Below, in pieces: positions 50,938 through 64,000 of a stretch of DNA of 64,000 nt. How positions within the stretch are numbered: position 1 is the first letter of the stretch; every line of letters starts with the position of its first letter. The stretch is from Lytechinus pictus (taxonomy: Eukaryota): the NCBI RefSeq assembly GCF_037042905.1, contig NC_087245.1, positions 29,326,001 to 29,390,000 of the forward strand, read 5' to 3'. Under the pieces are notes generated by a model. It was not told where the DNA came from. It made no database searches and worked only from the letters and a program-made list of their open reading frames with translations. The position numbers and the translations under genes were made by a program.

Positions 50938-52984
50938 TTAGTCAAGTTGTGTTTTTCTATGGGTAGATATAAAAAACTCTGTTAGAAATTTGGAACTCAA
51001 ATGCTACAACAATTTATATTCATGTCGTTCGCAATGTCACATGCTCCTTCTTTCCAAACTCTTTGGGGTCATCTATTTTTCTTTATTCATATCTGTTTTC
51101 TACATTTATATCTTAAACATTAATTAATATAACATTGGTATTTGGATGGAATGTGTGTTGTCATGTAATATACTTGGTACCCTAAGCAGCGTGCCCTGCA
51201 ATGTGTTATTAAACTTACCTGCAAAGATATATCCCTATTTAAGCGCAACCCACCCGTACATCTTCACTCACGGTAGTATTCTAACGCCTCTAGTTGTGTC
51301 AATTAGGCCTACTTCTGTTTTGAAATAAAAAGTTAAGTTAAACGATAGGGGATGGTAGGACATGCAAATAGAATAACCCTATGTTTATTCCTGAATAGGA
51401 TCAATTCAACAAGCGGTGATTTCTCGCCACCGAAGATCCATAAAATTCCTGTAAACAAAGAAAGCAAGCTATAACTGATGGTTCTGTTCTTGTGAAGCTG
51501 AAGGGCAAGTTCTAAATAAGTTCATAGAAAAAAAGCGGGGATGGGATGGAACTCATCAAACAAGGAAGCATTTAACGACGTCTAACGTGTGTTAGTTTCA
51601 CTAAAAATCCAAATAAAAAGACATGACAACCTCCGGAATGGTTTACTCCTGACTTCCTACGCTGCGTCCTACTTTTGTGCTGACGTCACTTTTATTTGAA
51701 GTGGGTTATTATTAGTCAATGGGCAGTTTTGGTTTAGGTTGCACCTTTTTGGAGATGCTGGGAGGGCCTCAATCTTAACTGGATGACAGGTTATGACCAA
51801 ACATCAGAGAAAAACAAGAAGGAAGTAGACATTGGAGATGAAAATACAGGAATCACTTCATGGTCATCCACTAATTTTACTTTTGATAAGTGGAGCTTCT
51901 ATCGATTTAGTAGGCTTACCCCCCCCCCCCCCATTCACTCGAACATGTCGACTTAAGACTGTAAGTTATCGTGCGACGTTCCGAATATTACATTCGGTGC
52001 AAGTTGAAACATTTATTCAACTCCGCTTCGCGTCGCAACTTGCACACTCATGTAATATTTTGGAACGATCGCACCCATGAACATTGAATATTGTGTATAC
52101 TAACGAACCGCCACGTGTCGGGATGTTACCTTTTCACTTTGTTATGATGTATTGTATTTTACTCTGTAGTTGTCTTGAAAAAAAATGAGGTGAATAAAAA
52201 ACTCGTATTTATTTAATCAACAACATTTTGTGCTGTTGAAATCTACCGGTATTTCCATTCAATCTTTCATTATATTGCTAGGATTGTTTTATTCTATTTG
52301 GTTTATATTTGTGTAGTTTATGCCTCTTTTACCTTCTTCCTCGTTGTGTGTTACATGCTTTTGATTTTTCATTTATACCTCCTCCCTGTAATACTTTATG
52401 TTTCTTTTGCTGTTTCAAGTCGTCTTTATGTGAGGTGTTGATAATTTAAACATGAAGTTTGTGATACGTTATTCTATCATCATAGTTCAAAGCGTGTTTT
52501 TCTCGTCATTTTTTATCACATTTATGTGGATAAGTGGCGAAGGCGTTACGTCGCCCTTGACTACATTTACCAGATGCCGGGAACATTAATTTTTCTGGGA
52601 ATAAATGGAGCACATCGATGTCATAACCTGATTCAATTACTCGTAATTACCATGCCGACGGATCGATAAAGCAGACTTATCAGGTATCTGTTCTCGGTTA
52701 GACCTCACCCTTCATTTCAAGTCCAGGTTATGTTTTACTTTAAGAAATCGCGTGTTAAAATCAAGGTTTTGGGATGTTGTTGTTTTTAACACATAACCTT
52801 CAAAGAAACAAAACCAGTTTTATAATAGAATGAATAATTGATAGTTGTCTATATTGGAGGTCCTACGACGGTGGTGTGTGATCACTGAATTTTTACAGAT
52901 ATTTTTAAGTGTTTGTTTGGTAAACCACTATTTGTAAAGTAATCACCTCATTTTTCATTCGACATAGTTAATCTGAGACCTACA

Positions 52985-53540
52985 CTCTCCTGTGATATCG
53001 TATATACATGAAAAAGATGCAACGATCACACTAGGATTGGAGGCCAAAAAATACCCACAATGCAACAGTATACTAGACGTAATTGTAGAATTGAGTTTAT
53101 TTCCTTTCATGATATCCACATCAGGATCCAACACAAGGTGAAGACTCCCTGTCCCCAGGTCCTCTTCATCCAGCATCCTCGTGTGAACATACTATATAAA
53201 TACATGGTTGTCAAGAAAGACCGTTTTCAACCGCTGAACCGCACAATAAACCCTCAGGGGAGATGGGTTTAATGGAAGATGATCATGATACATGAAATAA
53301 TCGAAGGGGATATGAATTGATTAGGGAACTTTCGCTGCTGCAGCGGGGACAGGTTCAAGAACACAGTAAATATATTGAAAATACAATTTCCAACAAAGAG
53401 AAGGCCCGGACACTATTTGCTCAGATCCACGTCTGCGTCATAGCTGACAATGTGTTATACCTGCTGTTCAACATAGTTGTTGATGTTGTTAACTGTTCGG
53501 TGTTAGTTGAGGAAGAGGTGGCGCTCTTCGAATTGGTTCA
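52985..53540 (-). pseudogene. Possible highly decayed class A GPCR relic
   Basis: Minus-strand fragments in receptor order across frames and stops: an S/T-rich stretch, FVGNCIFNIFTVFLN...RKFPNQFI, GVFTLCWILMWIS, and YTVALWVFFGL/PSVIVASFSCIY. No DRY, TM6 or TM7 found. Confidence 0.25.
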
Positions 53541-56500
53541 TGTGTACTATATAATATAGCTCTGACACTATTTTCTCTTACATATTAACATCAGACCACT
53601 ATTCATTGAAAAAAAATCATGATAAAGACAGAATTAGAGTATTTCCCACTATTTATCAAACTTGCAAAACGTAACATTCGCCCATACAGTCTATCTTTTT
53701 TTTCTTATTATCAATCAATATCTTGGTTGTTTTTTGTGTTTTTTTGTCAAACCACATTGATTGCATTGTACTATATTAAACCTTGTTTTTCTTCTATATT
53801 AACCTTTTTTATTTTTTTTTTCTTCTTCTTATCCTTTTTACATTTCAAATTCTACTTCTGTTGTTGCATGCTGCCACTGCTCCTGCTGTCGGTTCTGCCA
53901 GGGCCTCCTTCTCTACTTCACCAGCCTCTTACTACAAAAACTGTTTGCTTCATCCATGTAATTATTTTCGTTTCAATTTGTTCACTCGGCAAAAAAACAA
54001 AAAAGTGTTATTTGTTAACCGTAACTTACTGCTTATGATATTGACTTTTCTTGGTAAATTCATTCGTAGACATCATCCCCAAAGACAACCTCCACCTACG
54101 CCAACTCCATACTGAAGCAGATGCTTCAGCAGAATGTGTTTCTATTGTTCTATTTCTATGGTGTCTTCATGTTCACTTGTCGCCCCCTCCCCTCCACCCT
54201 CCTCCTCCCCTGCAGCTTCTCTGAAGGATAAATGATCCCGCTAATGGATGGTGCATCCAGCTCCCAGGAGGAATAATGCCTAGTCCTCAACTCTACGTGA
54301 AAAGAAGGTTATATGCATCAAAGACCAATATCAAGAGGGATGTAAGGATACAATATGGATGTATGTTTTCTCGTTGTTCCCTCCTGTTCCTTGTCATCAG
54401 CTGGTTCCTCCTTTTATCCGTGGTTTTCCTTCATTCTTTCTATTGTGTGTGTGTGTGTGTGTGTGTGTGTGGGGATTTATGAGGGTGTGGGTGGCTGGGT
54501 GTGTGTGTCCGCGCAGGCTATTCCAACATTATTCAGACCGGCCGGCCGGCCCCTTTTCACAGAACACTGTTTTGATTATTCAAGAAATTGGGAGGAACTG
54601 AAAACTGTCATTCCCTTGTGTGTGTGGGCGTGTGTGCGTGTGTGTATTTTCTACCAACATCAATCGAACCACCCTGAAAATGAGACTATACCTGCTGAGC
54701 ATGATTTGTAGTATAGCCTATTGCAGAAAGAGCTGCAAATATCAATCGCAAGTCTTTAATACGCGAATTTCATTGGTTGAAAATGATGTTGCGTTTTATT
54801 ATTGGAGTTTAAAAACATTTTTTCTGCAACGGACCCTTGCCGTTTAATTTCATATCAATATCTAACAAATTTCAAATGATTAGCATTGCCAAACAGCATG
54901 TCTGACCAAATAGAAGCTTGGACCCATTTGCTAACTATCGTGATTGGCGCCGTAAGAGCAATAACCTTACAACCATTTAAATAAAAGAGCTCTTTTGACT
55001 CTCAAATGACAACCTACGAAATTATCGTTAAGATTTGTATGTTGCACCAATGAATTGAACCAGTTATGTCAAGCAGCTTAATCTCACTAAAATGACTATC
55101 ATCAACTGTATAGACAGATCTTGATATTTGACCTCTTGATGTATAAATTGCCACTTCATTATCAGGCAGATTTACTATAAAATAAAAAGCAGGACATCAA
55201 AATTTCTTCCTCTTATCTTTTCAAGGTTTCATAATGAGGACAAATCAAAGATTTCCATCCAATCCATATGAAAAAAAAAGATTTTAATCCTCCCTTATTC
55301 ATTAAGTCACATAAATGCGGTATATACATCTTGGTAATAAACATCAGACATGTCGATGGTTAAGTAATAACTTAAAAAGAATAAGAGTAAACAATTTGAA
55401 AATAAACCTCTTGTGAACCAATGATTGTGCAATTGTGTTTTATATAATAAAATGGACTACATTGCAGGGGATGGGGTCTCCCTCTTTGAAGAAAAAAGAA
55501 ATATCAATCTTTATATTATTGCTGTCAAATGGAAACTTTAATTGTCAATATCCAAGAAAAAAAAATCACATTTGGCATGTTTGGGTTCTTCATCATACCC
55601 CTCCGAGATATGATTTAAGAAACCCAACTAAATGTAAAAAAAAAATCATATTATCGTGACATCATCACATCGGCACTCTATTGGTATCAGTTTTATCATT
55701 AGGCCTATCATCTCATCATCATCATCACCACCATCATCATCATCATCATCATCACTATAAATGACCATCATTTGTAATTCATTACTGTTATCATCATCAT
55801 AATTTTATTTTTGAGGAAAAAAGGCCTATGAGAAATATATGAAAAAGAAAAGCAGCCCTTAAAACCTGAAACGTTGTTGAACTCATATACTTCGATATCG
55901 ACTCTGCTAACATATTTAGGTAACGCGACATTTGCTTTCACGACAAATGCGCCTACGCTAATTTCCCTGAAGATATAAGGGGTTGGTTTGGGTTAGATAA
56001 TATAGTCTCCTGTTAAAAATCATGTGAGGAGTAGCATTAAGGTTAAAATAAGATTGGAGCTCAGGTTTTGGTTAATACGCATTTTCAGTAGGAGTAAATT
56101 TTACTTTCGCAGGAGCAAATGTCAAACAACCGACCACCAGCAATTATGGAGCCTTTGCATTAAAGAAACCCCTGCGTTAGAAACCATTGGAGTCTTGACG
56201 CACAATAACCCAAATTTGATTACCATTTGCATGCTGTAAGTTACATTGCCATCACGAAGATGTGCTCCATGTGGACAGACCAATTCACTTTAATTTAACT
56301 AAGAACAAGGCAAATTTATTAATTAAGGACACGAAGAAAAAAAATCCCGTTAAATGCTGTGCACGACCTGTTTACTAAATGCAGTTGTTTCCTGACTTAA
56401 CATTTCGATTGAAATGGGCTAAATGATAACGTCTGCTACTTAAACCTCCTGAAACATTTATTCCTTTCGGCAAGTCGACACGGCTGAGCAACTCTCTGGC

Positions 56501-57011
56501 GCCAAGGAGCGACCTGGATCACGCATATGAGCTTTGAATGAAGGTGGCAAGTGGCCCACATAGTCGCTTTTTAATTAGCTGGTCACTCGTCAAAACGGAA
56601 TTCAATTAAAGAAAAACTTCCAATGTGTTCGCTTTACATAATCAATGAAACTTAATAGCATACTATATTATCCGACTTTATGTCGTAGAGTGGTGTAAAT
56701 TGGTGGGCATATATACATGTAGGCCTAGAGAATTGTGCCTACACCCTTTAAAAATGGTCAAAGTAAGTATTTTTTAGAAAAAAATTTGTAGAAAAATTAT
56801 CAGTACCAACGAAATTTCTGGTAGATTCTAACCAACATATTGGTTGATCCATTTTCTCGTCGGACAGATATTCACCAACACATTATTTATTTTGAGTAAT
56901 CCTTATCAAGAGAGTAGATGAACTGTCATCTTTGAATAAAAAGAGGTTGTAATAGCTTCGACTTTATAAACATATTCGGAAGAAATCATGTTTGTTGGTG
57001 ATTGATGTTAA

Positions 57012-57436
57012 CGGGGATTCAAGGCTGGAAATAATATGATTTGAGCAGATAAAGAAAAATCATCCTCACAAAATACTGCAAATTTTTCATAAAAGTCAGA
57101 GGAGGAATAACGAAGTAATGACATTTTAAAGCGTTGCATTGTTTCGGTGTAAACAGTTCTATGCATGTCTTCCTAAATAGGCAATGAGCAAATTGGTGAT
57201 CTCATATCCCTACTTATTTTTACTTCATCATATGCAATAATGTAATAACAAATGAAAGGGGAAACCTAAATGACATTCATGACGGTGTTCATATAAATGT
57301 TTTCACAAGATAATGCTAGACTTTAGAATTCCACAGCTTTGTTGTTTTTGTCATATTTTTTCTAAATAATTCAGCGGTTAGCTCGGCAAATATCACTACA
57401 TCTATTTAAATATCATTATTTTCAGCCTGGAGTGCC
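57012..57436. mobile_element. Degenerate relative of the TTAA MITE family
   Basis: Ends ...TTCAAGGCTGGAAATAAT and ATTATTTTCAGCCTGGAG. Internal blocks such as AAACAGTTCTATGCATGTCTTC and TTTTCACAAGATAATG are shared with the 10195 and 38043 copies. Confidence 0.55.
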
Positions 57437-58204
57437 AAATACATCTTACAGATTGACTGAAAATGTCAACTGTTCTTCGGATGTCGTGAAGAAATTTTTT
57501 AATACATCGGCGAGAGTCGATAATGTAAAATAAGACACTAGATTGGTTTACACATTAGTGGTTACTATTATAGCGATACACACCTTGACAAACCATAACT
57601 TAACAGCGATATTTATGCTAAAGATAACTTCCACAATTATCCGGAGGCCCTTTCGATCAGATTCGTAAGGTATTTATAGATTTATGACGTCGCAAAGACA
57701 AATGGTATATAATCCTAATAATGCCCTGGGATTCGACTGCTCACCATAAATATGATATAGCAGATGATGTAAAGTACCGATGGTCTAATCTGGTGTTATC
57801 GGACATAGCGTCGAGTTGCACGTAATGATAACAGGGACTTAACGACTTAAACCGTATTTCTGGAGTCGGAATAACCGAAAACTCTTATAGCTTTCTCATT
57901 TGTTACGGCATGGACCTACAACTCTGAGGAGCATAGGTCCATGGTTACGCCAAAGAAAATGTTTAGTATCATTTTTAACAAATAAACATATCAGAGTCGT
58001 TTGTTGCTTTCATAAAATGCCCCTGACCTATTTTATGTATTTATGTTTATTATTGACATTTCTCCCATCCGAACTGTAGGGGAATCCCTGCGAGAGGAAG
58101 AAAACGTAACATTTGCTATCGTCATGATCTTTCAATCCGAGAAAGTTGAAGAAGCAAGAGAAACCTGCAAAATATCAGAGGAATCGAGATTCGATGAATA
58201 AATC

Positions 58205-59355
58205 ATTAACCTATTATATAAATATAATATTTTGAAGATTGGTGACTTGTATCGATACAATCTCGGAAAACTCATGTATAGTTTCGATAAAAATGAACTT
58301 CCAAATATTTTTTATTCCATGTTTACTAAAAATTTCGATATTCATCTTTATCCTACTAGGTCCGCCGGGCTCTTTCATCCACCAAGAGCTAGAACCATCC
58401 TTTTGAATAAAACATTTATTTTTACAGGTATCAAACTTTGGAACTCCCTTATAGAATCATTACGTAACAAACCAACACATTTAAGTTTCAGTCGAGGGTT
58501 AAAGAAAATTCTTATCCTTGGGTATAAACCCCAGAACTCAAACATTTCTGTGTAAGCAGCTACCACTTCTTTTGTTCTTCTTCCCTTCTTATTTTCTTCC
58601 TTCTTCTCTTTCCCCCTCTCCTCTCACATTTCTTTTCTCTCTCTCTCTCTTCCTATCATATTAATGTATAGTTATATTGCTTTTCTAATATTCCTGTTTG
58701 TCTATGTTTTGTAGTGTGTTTTGTTTTGTTTCTTTTCCTTCTTTTTTTTTTTTGCTGTCTTGTCCTGTTCTGTCCTGTTTTGTTTTTGTTTGTGTGTGTG
58801 TGCCTTTTTTTGTCTTTGTTTTGTTTTTAGTATTCGTCCTGTCTTGTCCAAGTGATTGTCTGTTCACACACTCCTGGGGCCTGTTGCATAGGGCTTTTTG
58901 CCTGGGAGGACTCAGGAGTATTTTACCTGAGTTTTTGCCCTATGTTGAAGTCGGTGGCAGAGGTCAGACTGGCCTTGGTTTTCGGTTTTTGCCAGAGTTT
59001 TCTCGGGTAGGGGGTTTTATGCAACAGGCTGCTGAACTCAGGTTTTTTTTTACACAACAGGGGTATAATATAATATTTTTTGTTAATTGTAACATAGTGA
59101 GTATGCATAAAAAGCTTGACCCCACTAGTATTCTTTTTCATTGTACAAACTTTTTAATTTACGAATTGAATTTCATTGATCAAAGATATACTTTAATTAA
59201 CTATTTATTGCAGGGAACCCATACTATAACAAGCTTTTCTTTCCAGTGGGTTCCCTTTTTTCATTTCTGTATATTATATTTTTTGTGTTTTGCTATACAT
59301 TGTAACTTTTGTTAAATTTTGGAATGAAAAAGAATAAATGCAATCAATCAATCAA
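58205..59355 (+). mobile_element. 5'-truncated L2/CR1-group LINE (ORF2 C-terminus, long 3' UTR, (CAAT)n tail)
   Basis: ORF 58232-58555: LKIGDLYRYNLGKLMY...LPNIF..MF......H.YPTRS...FH.PR.RT......F..TGIKLWNSL...LRN......F...LK is the typical post-RT C-terminus. Ends AATAAATG(CAAT)3. Confidence 0.8.
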
Positions 59356-61858
59356 CCGTCAAAATTGTATCAGAATGATCAGATTGCTACTTCATAATAA
59401 ATACGATAATAGCATTTCTGTTCGATTCTTCTGCATTTTCTCCAACATTTCTTGAAAAGCACACTCTACAGAGCGGATATAGAGCGGTATAAGTCCAATC
59501 TGTTATTATTATTATTATTGTCAAGATGTTGTGCACCCTCCTTGAGAGGGGAATGTCTACCCCGAAAAATTGTGTTTAATAGTTAAAACAGACAAAGGGG
59601 GGGGGGCAAGGATTATTCAATGTTCGACAATGATCGATTAAAGGATAGGAAAACGAATGAATTTGCAAAAGACATCAAAAGCTGGCAGTGGCCCAATTTT
59701 TCTTGTGAAGTAAAATCCATGAATTGCCATTCTGTTTTGACTGAAAATACTATTTTTTTCATATAAACTTTAGTAAATAATCTGTGTGATGTAATCAAAT
59801 GCAAAATTTTAAATCTTTACATCATTATGAAATTAAAACCAATGGATTGCTTGAATTTAGTAGTGAAGTATAATTTAATGATAAGTTGACGTCACAAATT
59901 AACTCATGAAGCGTCCTGTTGTTTATATACCTTCGTCCATTTATATTTATCATTCGGTAGAGACTATACAAAAAGAGGGCGTATATCATTGTTCCACTAA
60001 AAGAAAATCACTTTTTAATATCTTACTGCTTAGTCCTTGTATTCTGCTATTCATGAAATATATAGTGCGTGGAAAGTAAAGAAAAATAATGTTTAAAAAA
60101 TCAAGGAAATTAAGCAAGTGAGAAAGAAATGTACAAGCGGTTTTTCCTGGCTAATTGAGCTACAGTATTATGAGATATTCTACAATAAAAAAAGGTATCA
60201 AAATTCTATGGACAGCTGATTTCCCATTTAGAAATTCAAACCATTCACTTACCATAGTGCAGAGACGTTAGCAAGCTATTTATCTGATCAATTTTAAGGA
60301 AACTTGAAGGCAAAATAAAACGTTACATTACATTCACGGAAATTTGATGGATTGAAGACATCCCTCCAAGTGGTTTTCACTTCGCATATTGAGCCACAAC
60401 TTATCAAGCAACAAAATCAGCAATATTCTATGGAAAGCTGATTCATACTCATATAAATTTTCAACCTATTTGTACAGATAATAAAGAAATATCAAAAGCA
60501 TCAAGGCATAACGTAAAAATGTACAGCATTAATATTCAAGGCAAGAACATGATTAACAACATTAGGGCCTCCTTTGTAATTTTCTCTCGGCCTCAAGAAA
60601 AAATGCTTTTTACCGCAGGATCCATAACTCGGTTTGTTTTTGTCGTTCAATGTGTAAGTTAAGAGTTATTCCAGTGACAAACGTGTCTGATAAGGTATTG
60701 ATTTGAATTGATATATAGACACAATTTTCTCTTCCTGTTTTCAGGCATGCAATAAATTGGCACGGTGGGGGTGAATGAACGCTTAATGGGAGAGGGACCG
60801 GTTTAGTCTCTTTTCCGAGACTTTTCTTCATAATAATGTACATTTCGAAAAGAAACACCCATGAGAGATGATCAGCAATAACCAATTGTATTCCACTAAT
60901 CAGCAATTGATGATTTTCCCGAGGAAATAGATCTTCGGAAAAGTGAGGCAGGGGTATTCAAGCAGCTAGTTTTGAATACTGAATATCAGTTGCTCATAAT
61001 GATAATATACAGATATTGATGATGGTCAGTGTTGCTAACATGGACATAAGATCACCACGGGATCGATGACGTAATATAATATAAATTTGAATTTTATAAA
61101 ATTGTTTAAACTATATGCTTCTTATGTTTACTGGCCTCTATCCCCTCCACCTGCGTTAAGGGTGACGAAGATTTGTATTTAGGCCTATAGTTTTCAAATA
61201 GAAATTTGAGTCCGAAAAATTTGATATTTTATGAATCATTAAGAGATGCGTATCACATCTGGCGACTCATAATTAAAGCATAGATTATCATGAATAATAT
61301 CATTGCTTAACGTGAATTCACCAAATACAGACCAGTTGGTTTATGGGTTCCTCTGTTACTAGAAGGTACATGTATAGAGTTTCATTTTGAGGACTGTTCT
61401 TCGACATTCATGACTTTGTTTGCGATCAATTGACATGATGAATAAGTGGAGGACAGACGTCTACACAATTACGGCGGACTTGAGTCCGTCAAGATCTTTG
61501 ACAAATAACTCCTTCCTCTGGGGAAAGCTGTCTCTAATGACATTTCAATCGTCTTTGTAGTACAGCTTAAATCATCAAACTTGCGAAATGAATAAGTCAA
61601 CAAGATAACAAATTTAAAGTGTTTCAAATCCAAATCCAAATCCATATTTTATTGTTCAAAATAGACATCACAAATTAAATACTGTTTCATTGTTTGCCCA
61701 ATTGATCGTGATTGACCATATTATCCGATAGACCACCGAATTATATGATTGTTATATGCCTTGTGTAGAGATCACCTGGTTCCACTAGGCAATGGATTGA
61801 TTTTCGAATTCAGGCTTTTTCCAGGTATGTCAGGTACGAAACTATGTTATCTTATCAT

Positions 61859-62578
61859 CCTTTCACACGGTACCAGAATCGTAATTTGAATGATGATTCC
61901 AGTGAAAAATAATTCTAATGACGAATTTTTAGCACGTGTGAAACTAAATTAGAATCACGAACGCTAATCACAATCACGAATTCAAATTCTACTCTGGAGG
62001 TGAATTCCAGTTAAGTGTAATTCAAATTACGGTACGAATTTTACATCTGAAAGGGTTGACCTCCAAAACATCTTTTGAGGGGCGGAGCTTACGTGACCTT
62101 TCAAGCAATTCCGTAGATTATGCATAAATAAATAATAAAGGATTTGTATAGCGCACGTATCCACCTTGCTAGGTGCTAAAGGCGCTCCTTTATTACCCAG
62201 GCTAAGCTAGTCTACCGATTCTGGTGCGCACAGCTTTTTGAGGAATTTCTTCCTGCCGGTACCCATTCACCTCATCTGGGTCGAGTGCAGCACAGTGTCG
62301 ATAAATTTCTTGCTGAAGGAAAACACGCCATGGCTATGTTTCGATTCATGGCTAGGATTCGATAATATAATTGTCATGCACTCACCGTAGTTTCTTTTTT
62401 GCGATGCAGTGCTTTGATTGGGTTTGATTGGCAAGTCACCAAGGACACAATACCGCCTCTGCTCAGAAATTCGAATTCAAATCACAGTTTTCGAGTGAAC
62501 ATGTGAATGGTACAATGATTCTAGAGACGAATTGCAGTAATCATTACAATGATGATTCAAGATTCTCGTGTGAAAAGG
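61859..62578. mobile_element. DNA-transposon remnant carrying a nested SINE
   Basis: CCTTTTCACACG / CGTGTGAAAAGG inverted termini; SINE inside at ~62125-62340. Confidence 0.5.
62125..62340 (-). mobile_element. SINE body and L2-like tail
   Basis: Minus strand: ...CACTCGACCCAGATGAGGTGAATGGGTACC...GCGCTATACAAATCCTTTATTATTATT. A related degenerate copy lies at ~29245-29360. Confidence 0.65.
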
Positions 62579-64000
62579 CCCTTAGTACCCCCTGATGAAA
62601 AAAAAGCATTTGGAATGTTGCAATAACATGCAAAATATGGTTATTACGGAAACTGATGAAGGTCCCTTGGACTTACAAGTTTCGTAAGTTGATATACAAT
62701 TGCTGGACTGCATGGGGAACGTTATACGAGAGATGTTGATTAGGCATCTGAGGAGACAGTAACTGAGAGTCTGTGATAGAGAAGGCTGATACGGGAAAGG
62801 GTTACCGTTTAGCCCGATCGTCAAGTTTCAAAATTGACTTTCAGTAAGCATGTTTCATTGTCAAATCTTAAACTTCATTGGGTAAACTTTACACACGTAT
62901 GTTCGATTTTCACTCATTTTTGTGTAAAGTAGCTTTTGAGCAAAAATTACACAGGAATCACATTTGCAAGCTGTCAAGATCGTTCCTGAATTCAGTTTGC
63001 GTTTTTGTTCCTTTACTGAAAGACAATATTTTCGCGAACATCCATCCCAGCCCCTCCCCCAAAATTGCACAATTACGTATTGCTAAGGAGCGTAGTAGTG
63101 GCTTTAATATCAGGTATTTTCAAATCAAAGAAAGATGAAAATAACTATTAATATCTCAATAGAAGCGATTGACACTTTCAGCATGATACTCTATGTTAAT
63201 GTAGTCATATCGGGTTACTTTCTAAAAAGAAAAGCTTTTTGAAAAAGAAAGGTGCTTACATCCCCACATGCATCCCCCTCCCCCCCCCCCCCTCTTTCTT
63301 TCCTCTCTCGTTCCTTCTCTTCACTGTTTTCCTATCAATCTCCCTTTCTCGCTCTGCAACGTACTTCTTTCTCGCTGATTCTTTAGACGATAAACATTTT
63401 CATATCTTAGGAAGACGAAACTTAAGGAATATACATGGATATGTTATCGGGGTTTCTTTCCAAGATTAGGGGCAGACAATACCACCTACATTCATATAAT
63501 CACATCAAAATAACCTTTTTGAAAAGAAAAGTCGAGTATGGGGTTGAAATTATCTTAAATAGATGATAAGTGTTTTCATATCTAAGGGAGACGAAAATTA
63601 AGGAAAATATAACTATCATTTTCTCTGATATGAGGCAATCACTACGAACATGACGCCGTATATAAAGGCTCCAGATACAATCATATCAGAGACCTTTCTT
63701 TGCATGGGACGTCGATTTTGGACGGAAATGCTCTGCTTAACTTCCATCCATGTCCCTCCTACACTCCATCTCTCCCAACCCCCCTCACACACACACGCAC
63801 ACCCACACACACTCGCTCACCCCTTCCTGCTCATCTCCCCTCTCCCTTTCCGTCTATCGCCCTCATCTTCTCACGTTGTCTCTTTATCAAGATGCATTAT
63901 TTTGATATCTTTATGATGTAAATAATATTCGACTCATATCATATCCCTGCTCCAGTGAAGCAGAGCCAATATCGCATATCCCCCATTGTTTAGGGTAGGA

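Noticed and set aside
53619-54847. Several 70-139-aa ORFs
   Set aside because: Poly-T and (GT)n-driven composition, with no splice-consistent model or recognisable motif.
58698-59315. 205-aa hydrophobic ORF
   Set aside because: T-rich low-complexity 3' UTR of the LINE fragment; F/C/V-biased with no domain.

Overview
AT-rich animal genomic DNA with GT-AG introns, microsatellites and three N-gaps (93-284, 3873-4071, 32957-33112). The repeat and gene repertoire suggests a marine invertebrate, probably a sea urchin (inference). I reconstructed four protein-coding genes by hand, with consistent exon phases. (1) A CYP46A1-like cytochrome P450 on the minus strand: 7 exons, 8008->1764, continuing off the left edge. 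(2) A ~1001-aa family-B (adhesion/Methuselah-like) GPCR on the plus strand, with a somatomedin-B domain and no visible GPS motif: 3 exons, 15274-19007. (3) A complete 676-aa SLCO4-like organic anion transporter on the minus strand: 11 coding exons, 31869->23587. (4) A rhodopsin-class peptide GPCR with an intronless coding region on the minus strand, 44868->43714. The rest is MITEs, SINEs and truncated L2/CR1 LINEs. The most striking structure is a ~535-bp MITE inserted in reverse orientation into a copy of itself, with both 8-bp target duplications intact. It sits 26 bp upstream of the P450 start codon, creates interleaved long inverted repeats and supplies an in-frame upstream ATG. I found no CRISPR array, rRNA or prokaryotic system, and no convincing evidence of a novel multi-gene system.
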